Assembly: GCA_041393815.1 (NCBI GenBank)
Contig: JAWKJK010000006.1
Coordinates: 103,858 to 167,857 of the forward strand
Length of the DNA stretch: 64,000 bases
From: Candidatus Nanopelagicales bacterium
GTDB lineage: Bacteria > Actinomycetota > Actinomycetes > S36-B12 > JAWKJK01
Reading direction: 5' to 3'
Shown here: piece by piece, positions 54,623 through 64,000 of the stretch
How positions within the stretch are numbered: position 1 is the first letter of the stretch
How the letters are laid out: each line of letters starts with the position of its first letter
Position numbers and translations under genes: made by a program
Notes under the pieces: generated by a model
Told to the model about the DNA's origin: nothing
What the model saw: only the letters and a program-made list of their open reading frames with translations
Databases searched by the model: none

Positions 54623-54928
54623 TCAGGCGTCGGGCGCCCGGTAGCCGGGGTCGACCAGGTCGGCGTATTGCGGGTGCCGCTCCAGGTAGCCGCGCACGAA
54701 CGGGCACAGCGGGCGGATGGTCAGCCCGCGGGATCGAACGTCGTCCAGCGCGGTGGACACCAGCAGCCCCCCGAGCCCACGGCCCTCGTACGCGCCGTCG
54801 ATCTCGGTGTGGGTGAAGACCCGGATGTCGCCGGGCCGGTCCCGGTAGGCCGCGAAGCCCGCGAGTGCACCGTCGACGGTGACCTCGTACCGCGCCCTCT
54901 CGGACGAGTCCTCGACCGAGGTCGTCAC
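54623..54928 (-). CDS. Small GNAT-like acetyltransferase (YjdJ/Acetyltransf_CG type)
   Basis: FTHTEID..YEGRGLG, IRPLCPFV. Confidence 0.88.
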   Translation of the reverse strand: MTTSVEDSSERARYEVTVDGALAGFAAYRDRPGDIRVFTHTEIDGAYEGRGLGGLLVSTALDDVRSRGLTIRPLCPFVRGYLERHPQYADLVDPGYRAPDA

Positions 54929-54941
54929 GGGGATCGCAGGG

Positions 54942-56123
54942 TCAGGGCCGGCCGGCGAAGCTGAAGTGCGCGCTGCTCCAGCTGTTCCACAGGCTCGTCA
55001 CGCGCACGCCGGTGCGGGGGCTGGAGGCCTCCACGATCTGACCGCCGCCGATGTACATCGCCACGTGGTGGGCGCCGTTGAAGTAGAACAGGATGTCGCC
55101 GGGCTGCAGCTCGCTGGTCGAGATGCGGCGCACCTGGCCGGCCATCGCGTACGAGTAGGCGGTCAGCGAGACCCCCGCGGCGCCCCAGGCGTAGGCCACG
55201 AGCTTGGAGCAGTCCCAGGAGTTCGGCGGGCTGGCGCTGTAGCTGTACGGCTCGCCGAGCTGGGCCAGCGCGGTCGACACTGCGACGCCCGCACGGCTGG
55301 ACACCGGAACGCTGCCGCCGTCACCTGAGGAGCCGGAGTCCGACGACGAGCTCGAGGAGCTGCTGGTCGACGACGAGGAAGAGTCGGACGAGGAGCTCGA
55401 GGACGAGGAGGACGTCGACGGCGACACGTCGGCGCGCGAACCGCGGGCCGCCTCGGCGGCGCGGGCGGCGGCCTGACGGGCGGCCTCGGCCGCGGCGGCG
55501 GCGCGCTGGCGGGCCAGCTCCTCCAGCCGGCGGCGCTCCTCCTCCTGCAGCTTCGCGAGCAGGTCCTTCTGGTCCTGGACCGCCGCGTCGATCTCCTTCT
55601 TGGCCGCGGCCATCTCGTCGACGGCGGCCTGCGCGGCCTTCTCCATCTCGGTCAGCTTGGCGGTGGCCTGCGCGAGCTGGAGACGGTCGGTCTGGGTGCG
55701 GCGCAGCACGGTGTTCTGGGAGGCCACCACCTGGTCGAGCGCGGCGGCCTGCTGGAGGAACTCGTCCGGGTCGTCGACCAGCAGCAGCTGCAGCGAGGAG
55801 TCCAGGCCGCCGGACCGGTAGGCACTGGCCGCGATCTGGCCGACGGCCTGCTGGGTGCTGCGCAGCTTGGCCTTGGCCTTGCCGACCTGCTTCTTGACCG
55901 CCTCGACCTTGCGCTGGATCTCGTCGTGCTTGACCTGGGCGCCGTTGAACGCCTCGGAGGCGGACTCCGCCCGGTGCTCCAGGACCTCGAGCTCGGCCTC
56001 GACCTGCTCGATCGTCTTGTTGGGCTCGGCGGTCGCCTGAGGGACGACCACACCGACACCGAGGAGAGCAGCAGCGACACCGACGGCGGTCGCGCGGACC
56101 AGCCGTGCTCGAGCCTGCGCCAC
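54942..56123 (-). CDS. Secreted NlpC/P60 peptidoglycan endopeptidase with coiled-coil N-terminus (RipA/CwlO-like)
   Basis: Signal peptide; coiled coil; Ser-rich linker; WDCSKL (Cys), HHVAMYIG. Confidence 0.9.
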   Translation of the reverse strand: MAQARARLVRATAVGVAAALLGVGVVVPQATAEPNKTIEQVEAELEVLEHRAESASEAFNGAQVKHDEIQRKVEAVKKQVGKAKAKLRSTQQAVGQIAASAYRSGGLDSSLQLLLVDDPDEFLQQAAALDQVVASQNTVLRRTQTDRLQLAQATAKLTEMEKAAQAAVDEMAAAKKEIDAAVQDQKDLLAKLQEEERRRLEELARQRAAAAAEAARQAAARAAEAARGSRADVSPSTSSSSSSSSSDSSSSSTSSSSSSSSDSGSSGDGGSVPVSSRAGVAVSTALAQLGEPYSYSASPPNSWDCSKLVAYAWGAAGVSLTAYSYAMAGQVRRISTSELQPGDILFYFNGAHHVAMYIGGGQIVEASSPRTGVRVTSLWNSWSSAHFSFAGRP

Positions 56124-56144
56124 GAGGCGTACGTCCTTTCCCCT

Positions 56145-56288
56145 GCCGCCTACCGGGTGAGCTGACGGGCTCGGGCCGGGGAGGCCCTACGACACGACGA
56201 CCCCCTCGGTCGTCGCCCCGATTCGCCCCGGGAACGTGGGTCCCCGGCTCCGCTGCGGGCCTGGTGGGCCCCGGACGGACTCGGCGGT
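56145..56288 (-). ncRNA. Cyclic di-AMP (ydaO-yuaA) riboswitch
   Basis: Minus strand CGCCGAGTCC...GGAGCCGGGGACCCA...GGGGCGAATC...GTAGGGC...GCCCGAGCCCGTCAGCTCACCCGGTAGGCGG upstream of a cell-wall hydrolase. Confidence 0.92.
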
Positions 56289-56515
56289 GCGTGTGCACGT
56301 CACGCCGGTCGACGTGACGGCACGCCCCGCCTCTCGTCTCGCCGGTGGGCCCGGTGGGGTCCATCAGCGGGTCGATCAACTCGGGCGTGCGCGGGAAGAG
56401 TAGCAACGTTTCGGTCACGCGCTAGACCGTCGGAGGTCCCCACCTCGTCCTTTCGGAGGATCTCCGCTGAGACGTGACGAGGATCACGCGAAAGCCATTG
56501 GGGCAGAAGTGATCT

Positions 56516-56540
56516 CTGTGACGCCTGTGACTGCTGTGAC
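56516..56540 (-). promoter_or_regulatory. Three 9-bp-spaced GTCACAG direct repeats (MtrA-box-like)
   Basis: CTGTGAC at 56516, 56525 and 56534, i.e. GTCACAG on the strand of the NlpC/P60 gene. Confidence 0.5.
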
Positions 56541-56604
56541 ATCACGGGACGGTAACCGCCGGACCCCTCGGAGCGGTCGCCGACGCGGTCGGTCCCGCGA
56601 CCCG

Positions 56605-57111
56605 TCAGGAGGCCGGCCGGGGCCGTCGCTCGAGGTCGTTCTTCAGCCGGCGCAGCGTCTCGCGCATGGTCGCCTCGTTGCGCCGGCTCGCGTCCAGGCC
56701 GCGGCCCACGAACAGCCCGGCCGGGCGCATCACCGTCCCGCGCGCGCCGGTGCGGTGGTCCTCCCAGACCTGGGTCACCCCGGTCGCGCCGTCGGGCCGC
56801 GGCTGCAGCTCGAACGACCAGCGCGCGATCGGCAGCCCCGCGAGGGAGGCGTCGTACGCGAAGCGCCGCTCCTCGTCGACCGCGACGACCTCGCAGCGGG
56901 TGGCCCAGGGCAGCCAGACCCGGTTGCGGCCGGTGAACACGTCGCCCACGCGCAGCGGGCCGGCGTCCCGACCGCGGCCGCGGACCCGGGCGCCGGTGGC
57001 CTCGGGGGACCAGCGGCCGTACGCCGTCGGGTCGCTCACCGCGGACCACACCAGGGCGGGCGGGACGGCGATGACGACGGACTGCTCGACGCGGATCGGT
57101 GCGGGGGACAC
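56605..57111 (-). CDS. SRPBCC / polyketide cyclase-dehydrase family protein
   Basis: VIAVPPALVWSAVSD..YGRWSPE, FTGRN, CEVV, WEDHR. Confidence 0.82.
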   Translation of the reverse strand: MSPAPIRVEQSVVIAVPPALVWSAVSDPTAYGRWSPEATGARVRGRGRDAGPLRVGDVFTGRNRVWLPWATRCEVVAVDEERRFAYDASLAGLPIARWSFELQPRPDGATGVTQVWEDHRTGARGTVMRPAGLFVGRGLDASRRNEATMRETLRRLKNDLERRPRPAS

Positions 57112-57249
57112 GGCGGCGACGCTACCGCGAGGGGGCACATGCGACGGGACCCCGGCCACCCACCGGGGTCCCGTCGTCGCGGGGGAGCGAGGAGAAGGGG
57201 TACTCGCTTCGCGCTGGATATGAGGTATGCGGTTGTGGCGGAACGACTC

Positions 57250-57705
57250 TCACTCGCCGCCGAGGTCCACCAGGTAGGCGTCGTAGACGATCTCGCGGGC
57301 GCGGCGCTGGTGCGAGCGGAGCCGGGCGAGCAGGTCGGCGACGGCGGTCACGACGGTGGCGGCGCGGCGGGGGTCGCCGGCGTGCCGACCGACGAGCAGC
57401 CGGGTCGCCAGCAGCCGGTCGGCGAGGTCGGAGTGCTCGCGCTCGAGGCGGTCGATCTGGGCGGCGAGCCGGGGCTCGTCGGCGAGGATCTGGCTGTGCA
57501 GGCCGCCGGGGCCCTCCACCGCGGCGCGGTGCTCCCACATCCGGTCGGACAGGCCGTCGAGGCGGTGCGCCAGCTCCGCCCACCACACGCCGGTGGGCTT
57601 GGTCACCTGCAGCAGCTGCTGCACGCGGGCGAGCTCGATCTCGTCGGCGGACTTGGGAGCCAGGGTGGACGCGGCGGCGGCGGTGGCGGGGGTCATCGTC
57701 GTCAT
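57250..57705 (-). CDS. Hypothetical helical protein, hemerythrin-like His pattern
   Basis: EHRAAVEG, LEREHSDL, LRSHQRR, C-terminal YLVDLGGE. Confidence 0.55.
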   Translation of the reverse strand: MTTMTPATAAAASTLAPKSADEIELARVQQLLQVTKPTGVWWAELAHRLDGLSDRMWEHRAAVEGPGGLHSQILADEPRLAAQIDRLEREHSDLADRLLATRLLVGRHAGDPRRAATVVTAVADLLARLRSHQRRAREIVYDAYLVDLGGE

Positions 57706-57918
57706 CGCAGGTCTCCTTCGGATCGGGAAGGCGCGGGGGGAGCGCCCAGTTCGACTATCCGTCGGGGCCCGCGACCGGTCCATGGAGCGGTCGTCGCACC
57801 TTTGTCGCAGTCGTGTCGCACGGGCCGGCCGCCCTCGTGGAAACCGTTCGCAGCCGGTGTGATCCGGCCCACACCAGCGCCGCGACGGCCCGGCTCAGCC
57901 CGCGGAGCTACCCGCGGA

Positions 57919-59460
57919 TCAGCCCGCCGAATCGGTCAGCGTGCGCACGATCTCGCGCTTGAGGATCTTCCCGGACGGCCCGAGCGGGAGGGTGTCGACG
58001 AAGCGCACCTCGCGCGGGTACTTGTGCTTCCCCAGGTGCTGCTGGGACCACTCGCGCAGGCCCTCCGCGGTCACGGTGGCGCCCTCGCGCAGCACCACCA
58101 CGGCGCAGATCTCCTCGCCGTAGGTGTCGTCGGGCAGGCCCACGACGGCGACCTGGACGACGTCCTCGTGCCGGGCCAGGGCCTCCTCCACCTCGCGCGG
58201 GTAGACGTTGAACCCGCCCCGGATGATCAGGTCCTTCTTCCGGTCGACGATGAACACGAACCCGTCGGTGTCCTTGGTGCCGAGGTCCCCGGTGCGGAAC
58301 CAGCCGTCCACCATGACGGCCGCGGTCGCGTCGGGCTTGTTCAGGTAGCCGGCGAACACGTTGTGGCCGCGGATGACGATCTCGCCCACCTCGTCCGGGC
58401 CGAGCAGTTCGATCGCCCCCTCGAGGTCCGCCTTGGCGACCTCGACCTCGACGCCCCAGATCGCGCGGCCGACCGAGCCCGGCTTGCGGCCGTACCAGGC
58501 CTGGTTGAACGACGCGACCGGGGACGTCTCCGACAGGCCGTAGCCCTCGTAGATGTCGACCCCGAAGACCTCCTTCACCTTGTCGATGACGGCGACCGGG
58601 ATGGAGGCCCCGCCGGAGACCGCCAGCCGCAGGTTCGGGCGCGTGTCGGACGCGGCTGCGGCCTGCAGCAGGGCGACGTACATCGTGGGCACGCCGGCGA
58701 AGACGGTGACCCCCTCGTCGGCCAGCAGTTGCAGCGCGGCGGCCGGCTCGAAGCGCGGCATCAGCACCAGCGTGGCGCCGACCCGGAAGCCGGCGTTCAG
58801 CACGACCGTCTGGCCGAAGGAGTGGAACAGCGGCAGGACCGCCAGCATTACGTCGTCCGGCTCCAGTCGCACCGTGTCGAAGGCGGAGACGGTCGCGTTC
58901 CAGACCATGTTGTCGTGGGTGAGCACCGCGCCCTTGGGCCGGCCGGTGGTGCCGGAGGTGTAGAGGATCACCGCCTCGTCCTCGGGCCGGCGGGGCACGG
59001 CGGCCGCGATCGGGTCGGCGGACTGGGCCAGCACGTCGATGCGGTCCACCTCCGCGTCCCCGCCGTCAAGCACCGACAGCAGCGGCACGCCGGCCAGCTC
59101 GGCGCCCTTCGCCGCCTCGCCGAGCAGCGGGGCCGCGGTGACCAGGACCTTCGCGGCGGAGTCCTCCAGCACGTAGCGGATCTCCTCCGCGACCAGCAGG
59201 GCGTGCACCGGGACGACGGCCGCGCCCAGGCTGAGGGCGCCGTAGTAGGCGAACGCGAAGTGGGGGACGTTGGGCAGCAGCAGGGCGACCCGGTCGCCGG
59301 GGCCGACTCCGCGGTCGCGCAGCACGGCGGCATAGCGGCGGGCCTGGTCCCAGACGGCGGCGTACGGCAGCCGGGTGTCGCCGAGGACGAGCGCGGTCCG
59401 GTCGGGGAAGCGGTCGGCGGACTCGGACAGCAGGCTGGTCAGGCTCAGGCGGGCGCTCAC
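57919..59460 (-). CDS. Long-chain fatty acid-CoA ligase (AMP-binding)
   Basis: YTSGTTGRPKG, YGLSET, FRTGD, RKKDLIIRGG, GPSGKILK. Confidence 0.93.
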   Translation of the reverse strand: MSARLSLTSLLSESADRFPDRTALVLGDTRLPYAAVWDQARRYAAVLRDRGVGPGDRVALLLPNVPHFAFAYYGALSLGAAVVPVHALLVAEEIRYVLEDSAAKVLVTAAPLLGEAAKGAELAGVPLLSVLDGGDAEVDRIDVLAQSADPIAAAVPRRPEDEAVILYTSGTTGRPKGAVLTHDNMVWNATVSAFDTVRLEPDDVMLAVLPLFHSFGQTVVLNAGFRVGATLVLMPRFEPAAALQLLADEGVTVFAGVPTMYVALLQAAAASDTRPNLRLAVSGGASIPVAVIDKVKEVFGVDIYEGYGLSETSPVASFNQAWYGRKPGSVGRAIWGVEVEVAKADLEGAIELLGPDEVGEIVIRGHNVFAGYLNKPDATAAVMVDGWFRTGDLGTKDTDGFVFIVDRKKDLIIRGGFNVYPREVEEALARHEDVVQVAVVGLPDDTYGEEICAVVVLREGATVTAEGLREWSQQHLGKHKYPREVRFVDTLPLGPSGKILKREIVRTLTDSAG

Positions 59461-59737
59461 GGGTGTCCCCTCGGGTCGCGGGTGTCCGGTGGTCTCCGGG
59501 CGGTGGCCGCGACGCTAACCCGCGAGCCGTCAGGATCGGCCCGGAACCCGAAGATCCCCGCGAGACACCAGAACGGGCCGCCCGTGACCCGCGGAACCCG
59601 GCCCCTTCTGGTGTCTCGCGGCGATCATGAGGTGGCGGGGGCTGGGACGTGCGTTGACGACTGAATCGAATGTCGATACGGTCTACTCCGTTCGTTTCTG
59701 AAGTACGAGCCCGGGATGGGCGATCGAAGGAGGATCC

Positions 59738-61096
59738 GTGGCCGAGATCGACCGGACCCGGTTGGTGTCCCTGCTGGAGGCGGAGCGGGCCACGTACGCG
59801 ACCCGCAGCGCGGCCTCCAAGGCCCTCTTCGACGAGGCGGACCACCTGTTCGGCCGGGTCCCCATGACCTGGATGAACAAGTGGGCCGGCGGCCACCCGC
59901 TGTACCTCGCCACGGCCCGCGGCAACTCCATCACTGACGTCGACGGCAACGCGTACGTCGACTTCGCCCTCGGCGACACCGGCTCGATGGCCGGGCACTC
60001 GCCGGCGGCCACGGTGGCCGCCGTGCAGCAGCGCATCGGGGTCGACGGCGGCATCACCACGATGATGCCCAGCGCCGACGCGGAGTGGGTCGCCGCCGAG
60101 CTGACCCGCCGCTTCGGCCTGCCGCTGTGGTCATTCAGCCTCACCGCCACCGACGCCAACCGGTGGGCGATCCGGCTGGCGCGCATGCTCACCGGCCGAC
60201 CCAAGGTGCTGGCGTTCTCGTACTGCTACCACGGCTCCGTCGACGAGACCTTCGCGGTCCTCGACGCCGACGGGCAGACCGCGCTGCGCCCCGGCAACGT
60301 CGGCGCCCCCTTCGACATCACCGAGACCACCCGCGCGGCGGAGTGGAACGACCTGGAGTCGGTCGAGCGCGCCCTCGCCCACGGCGACGTGGCCGTGGTC
60401 GTCACCGAGCCGGCCCTGACCAACATCGGCATCGTGCTGCCCGAGCCCGGCTTCCTCGAGGGCGTGCGCGAGCTGTGCGACAGGTACGGCACCCTGCTGC
60501 TGATCGACGAGACGCACACCATCTCCGCTGGCCCGGGCGGGTGCACCGCTGCATGGGGCCTGCGCCCGGACATCTTCGTCATCGGCAAGAGCATCGGCGG
60601 CGGCATCCCGTCCGGCGCCTACGGCATCACCGAGGCCGTCGCGGACCGCATCCGCGCGCACGCCGAGGCGGACCTGGTCGACGTGGGCGGCGTCGGCGGC
60701 ACCCTGGCCGGCAACGTGCTGTCCACCGCCGCCATGCGCGCCACCCTCGGCGAGGTGCTCACCGACGACGTCTTCCTCGGCATGATCGACCTGGCCACCG
60801 AGTTCACCGCGGGCGTGCAGGGCGTCATCGACGAGTACGACCTGCCCTGGTCGGTCTCGCAGCTCGGGGCGCGGTCGGAGTACCGGTTCGCCTCCCCCGC
60901 GCCGCGCAACGGCACCGAGTCCGCCGCCGCGGCCGACGACGAGCTCGAGGAGTACCTGCACCTCTACTGCGCCAACCGGGGGGTGCTCATCACCCCGTTC
61001 CACAACATGGCGCTGATGTGCCCGACCACGACCCGGGACGACGTCGACCTGCACACGCGGACGTTCCGCGACGCGGTGGCGGCGCTGGTCGGCTGA
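59738..61096 (+). CDS. Class-III PLP aminotransferase (GSA-aminomutase-like)
   Basis: DVDGNAYVDF, YHGS, LLIDETHT, GKSIGGG (PLP Lys), GGTLAGN. Confidence 0.88.
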   Translation: MAEIDRTRLVSLLEAERATYATRSAASKALFDEADHLFGRVPMTWMNKWAGGHPLYLATARGNSITDVDGNAYVDFALGDTGSMAGHSPAATVAAVQQRIGVDGGITTMMPSADAEWVAAELTRRFGLPLWSFSLTATDANRWAIRLARMLTGRPKVLAFSYCYHGSVDETFAVLDADGQTALRPGNVGAPFDITETTRAAEWNDLESVERALAHGDVAVVVTEPALTNIGIVLPEPGFLEGVRELCDRYGTLLLIDETHTISAGPGGCTAAWGLRPDIFVIGKSIGGGIPSGAYGITEAVADRIRAHAEADLVDVGGVGGTLAGNVLSTAAMRATLGEVLTDDVFLGMIDLATEFTAGVQGVIDEYDLPWSVSQLGARSEYRFASPAPRNGTESAAAADDELEEYLHLYCANRGVLITPFHNMALMCPTTTRDDVDLHTRTFRDAVAALVG

Positions 61097-61128
61097 CGTC
61101 ACGGACCCGGACGCGGTGGAATAGCGGC

Positions 61129-61947
61129 ATGACCCCGCCCGCGGGCGACCCGCCCCGACTCCCCGCCGCGTTCGACCTCACCGGGCGGGTGGCCCTGGTC
61201 ACGGGCTCCGGCGGCCCGACCGGCATCGGCTTCGCCAGCGCCCGGATGCTGGCGCAGCTCGGCGCCGCGGTGCTGCTGACGTCGCTGAGCCCGCGGTGCG
61301 CCGAGCGGGCCGAGGAGCTGCGGGCGGCCGGGGCGGACGCACACGCCGTGCCCGCCGACCTGACCGTCCCGGCGGACGCGGACCTGCTCGTCGGCACCGC
61401 GCTGGAGCGGTGGGGCCGCGTGGACGTCGTGGTCAACAACGCCGGCATGGTCAGCGTGGCGGACCCCGACGGCTGGTCGGAGTCCGGCTCGTTCACCGAG
61501 CTGGACGTGGACGTGTGGCGCGCGTCGCTGGCACGCAACCTCGACAGCGCCTACCTGGTGTCCCGTGCCGCGCTGCCGCCGATGGTCGACGCCGGTTTCG
61601 GCCGCGTCGTCATGGTGGCCAGCGTGACCGGCCCGGTGATGGCGATGCGTGCGGAGCCGGCGTACGCCGCCGCCAAGGCCGGCATGGTCGGCCTGGCACG
61701 GGCGCTGGCCGTCGACACCGCGGCCCACGGGGTCACCGTCAACGCGGTGGCGCCGGGGTGGATCGCCACCGGGTCGCAGACCGAGCACGAGCGCGAGCAG
61801 GGCCTGGTGACGCCGGTCGGCCGCAGCGCCACCCCGGACGAGGTGGCCGCCGCCGTCGCGTGGCTGGCGACACCGGGCGCCGCGTACGTCACCGGGCAGT
61901 GCCTGGTCGTCGACGGCGGCAACTCGGTGGCGGAGGAGCGGTCATGA
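61129..61947 (+). CDS. Short-chain dehydrogenase/reductase
   Basis: TGSGGPTGIG, NNAG, YAAAK, VNAVAPG. Confidence 0.88.
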   Translation: MTPPAGDPPRLPAAFDLTGRVALVTGSGGPTGIGFASARMLAQLGAAVLLTSLSPRCAERAEELRAAGADAHAVPADLTVPADADLLVGTALERWGRVDVVVNNAGMVSVADPDGWSESGSFTELDVDVWRASLARNLDSAYLVSRAALPPMVDAGFGRVVMVASVTGPVMAMRAEPAYAAAKAGMVGLARALAVDTAAHGVTVNAVAPGWIATGSQTEHEREQGLVTPVGRSATPDEVAAAVAWLATPGAAYVTGQCLVVDGGNSVAEERS

Positions 61948-62798
61948 GCACCGGCTACGGCAGCGGGTTCAGCGCCGGTGTCGGTGGCGGCTTCGCAGCC
62001 GGCGGTCCGGCAACCACCGGCAAGGTCGTCCTGGTCACCGGCGCGACCGGAGGCATCGGGTCGTCGGTGGCGCGGAGGTTCGCCGCCGGCGGCTGGCGGG
62101 TCGCGGTGTCGGACCTGAGCCCGGAGCGGCTGACCGCGATGGTCGACCAGGAGGGCGACGGGTTCGTCTCCGGCAGCGGCATCGAGATGGGCGTCGCGGG
62201 TGACGTGCGCGACGTGGCGTTCTGCCGGCGCGCCGTGGACGAGGTGGCCGCCGCGTTCGGCCGGCTCGACGCTCTCGTGAATGCCGCCGGGGTCTGGGTC
62301 GAGGGCCCGGCGGAGGACACCACCGAGGACGAGTGGGACCAGGTGCTCGACGTCAATGCCAAGGGCACCTACTTCCTCACCTCGGCCGCGATCCCGCACC
62401 TGGAGGCCACCGAGGGCTGCGTGGTCAACCTGAGCAGCGACGCGGGCGTGCAGGGCAACGCGGGCGCCGCGGTCTACTCCGCGAGCAAGGGTGCGGTCAC
62501 CAACATGACCCGCGCGCTGGCGCTGGAGCTCGCCCCGCGGGGCATCCGGGTCAACGCCGTGTGCCCCGGCGACGTGGACACCCCGATGCTGCGGCTGCAG
62601 GCGCAGCGCTACGGCCAGGGGATGCCGGACCGCTACCTGGCCGACCTGCTGGACCAGTACCCGCAGGGCCCGAGCCGCGCCCGCTTCCTGCGTGCGGACG
62701 AGATCGCCGAGGTCGTGTGGTTCCTGGCGCAGCCCGCCGCCGCCGGCGTCACCGGCGCGAACTGGTCCGTCGACTTCGGCCTGTCGGCCGGGATCTGA
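61944..62798 (+). CDS. Short-chain dehydrogenase/reductase
   Basis: TGATGGIG, NAAG, YSASK, VNAVCPG. Confidence 0.88.
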   Translation: MSTGYGSGFSAGVGGGFAAGGPATTGKVVLVTGATGGIGSSVARRFAAGGWRVAVSDLSPERLTAMVDQEGDGFVSGSGIEMGVAGDVRDVAFCRRAVDEVAAAFGRLDALVNAAGVWVEGPAEDTTEDEWDQVLDVNAKGTYFLTSAAIPHLEATEGCVVNLSSDAGVQGNAGAAVYSASKGAVTNMTRALALELAPRGIRVNAVCPGDVDTPMLRLQAQRYGQGMPDRYLADLLDQYPQGPSRARFLRADEIAEVVWFLAQPAAAGVTGANWSVDFGLSAGI

Positions 62799-62813
62799 GC
62801 GGGTGCCGGCCGG

Positions 62814-63275
62814 ATGACCCCTCCCGTGTCGCTGGACGACGTCGACAAGGCGCTGATCCGGCTGCTGCAGTCCGACGGCCGCGCGTCGTACGCGGACCTG
62901 GCCCCGCAGGTCGGCCTGTCCGCGCCGGCGGTGCGCCAGCGGGTGCAGCGGCTGGTCGACGCGGGCGTCCTGCAGATCGTGGGCGTCACCGACCCGCTGG
63001 CCCTGGGGCTTCCGGTGATGGCCCTGGTCGGGGTCCGCGTGCAGGGCGACGCGCGGGCGGTCGCGGACGCACTGGCGGAGATCGACAACGTGGTCTACCT
63101 GGTCACGACGGCGGGCTCCTTCGACCTGTTCGCCGAGGTCGTGTGCCGCGACATGGACGAGCTGTTCGCGGTGGTCAACGACCGGATCCGCGTCGTGCCC
63201 GGAGTCAGCGCGGCGGAGTCGTTCCCGTACTTCGGCATCCACACCCACCGGTTCACCTGGGGCGTCCCGGAGTGA
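62814..63275 (+). CDS. Lrp/AsnC family transcriptional regulator
   Basis: LDDVDKALIRLLQSDGRASY...VGLSAPAVRQRV HTH; TAGSFDL. Confidence 0.92.
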   Translation: MTPPVSLDDVDKALIRLLQSDGRASYADLAPQVGLSAPAVRQRVQRLVDAGVLQIVGVTDPLALGLPVMALVGVRVQGDARAVADALAEIDNVVYLVTTAGSFDLFAEVVCRDMDELFAVVNDRIRVVPGVSAAESFPYFGIHTHRFTWGVPE

Positions 63276-63300
63276 CGCGCCTCCCCCGGCGGGCGGCGGG

Positions 63301-63996
63301 CTACGAGGTCGCGGCCGTCCAGTAGGCGGCCGACAGCGAGCGCAGCGCCGCCTTGGCGCGCGCGACCGTCGCCGTCGTCAGCGTCGCCCGGGTCGAGTCG
63401 AACACCCGGACCACAACCCAGGCCGGCCCGACCAGCCGCATCAGCACCAACTCCGCCGACACCGGGCCGGGCGTATAGCCCTCGGCGTACGCGACCCGCC
63501 ACCGCACGTCCTGCCGGATCCCGGCGGCCCCGTACTGGCGCGCCAGGGTGCGTACCCGGACCGTGGCGGTGCCGCCGATGGCGTCCAGGTTCGCGGTGCG
63601 GGTCCCCGCGCAGCGCGTCGTCATCGCGGCGAGGCGCATGTTCCACACCGCCTTCGCCTTCGCGACGGAGGTGAACTGCACGACCGCGTACGAGACTGAG
63701 GGGGCCGGCCCGAAGCTGGCGGCGTCCTCCCAGAAGGCCGTGGTCCGTACCCCGTTGCTGCCGTAGGCCTGGGCGAACCCGGTCGGGCACAGCGTCACCC
63801 GGCGCCAGCCGAACCGCTGGGTGTCGGGGCTCCCGGCGGCGTACCCGGACGGCAGCGGCACCAGCGCCCGCAGCTCGGCCCGTGGCAGCGGCGTGGGCGC
63901 GGCGGCGCCGGCGGGGGCGGCGGCTCCGAGCGTCCCGGCGAGGAGCCCGACGAGGAGTGCGAGCGCGAGCAGGGGGCGGCGGGGGGTCGCGGTCAT
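63301..63996 (-). CDS. Secreted hypothetical protein
   Basis: Signal peptide MTATPRRPLLALALLVGLLAG...AxA; two Cys. Confidence 0.6.
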   Translation of the reverse strand: MTATPRRPLLALALLVGLLAGTLGAAAPAGAAAPTPLPRAELRALVPLPSGYAAGSPDTQRFGWRRVTLCPTGFAQAYGSNGVRTTAFWEDAASFGPAPSVSYAVVQFTSVAKAKAVWNMRLAAMTTRCAGTRTANLDAIGGTATVRVRTLARQYGAAGIRQDVRWRVAYAEGYTPGPVSAELVLMRLVGPAWVVVRVFDSTRATLTTATVARAKAALRSLSAAYWTAATS

Positions 63997-64000
63997 GTCC

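Noticed and set aside
55330-55430. GAG/GAC/TCG-rich low-complexity tract
   Set aside because: It encodes the Ser-rich linker of the NlpC/P60 protein and is not a separate element.
56509-59664. 1051-aa plus-strand ORF
   Set aside because: Antisense shadow of SRPBCC, the hypothetical gene and the acyl-CoA ligase; stop-poor because of high GC; no motifs.

Overview
High-GC actinobacterial chromosomal window. The taxonomy is inferred from the orn/tRNA-His pairing, an F420-dependent nitroreductase, a DUF222-HNH gene, a TCGAAC-type SOS box and an actinobacterial c-di-AMP riboswitch. Positions 1-13.6 kb hold a 15-gene, single-strand sugar/polyol catabolic cluster that ends at palindromes beside the 3' end of tRNA-His. 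It contains an ABC transporter, several dehydrogenases, a tandem KDPG-aldolase pair of which one lacks the Schiff-base Lys, a GlpK-like kinase, an AroE-like protein, a cupin PGI and an RpiR regulator. The middle of the window carries housekeeping and accessory genes: orn, USP, a GH4 operon, a HAD/P-loop fusion, a SLOG + TrkA-N/RyR gene pair and a LexA-boxed DUF222-HNH gene. The most notable element is a compact putative RiPP system at 33954-41221. It consists of a parvulin-like protein, a two-cNMP-domain C39 peptidase ABC exporter, a YcaO-TfuA pair and three very short acidic double-glycine-leader precursor peptides that the ORF track missed (38061-38201 +, 38231-38356 -, 41087-41221 +). The three share a leader motif but have unrelated cores. 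A second unannotated element is a 31-38 aa Cys-rich mini-ORF (ending CCRTCC) behind an ArsR-like palindrome and flanked by two ~60-bp REP-like hairpins (48649-48989). The right end has a TPP-riboswitch thiamine ABC operon, a c-di-AMP-riboswitch NlpC/P60 gene with MtrA-like repeats, an acyl-CoA ligase and an aminotransferase/SDR/Lrp cluster. No CRISPR array, rRNA, integrase or transposase was seen. All family assignments come from motif recognition by eye; no searches were run.
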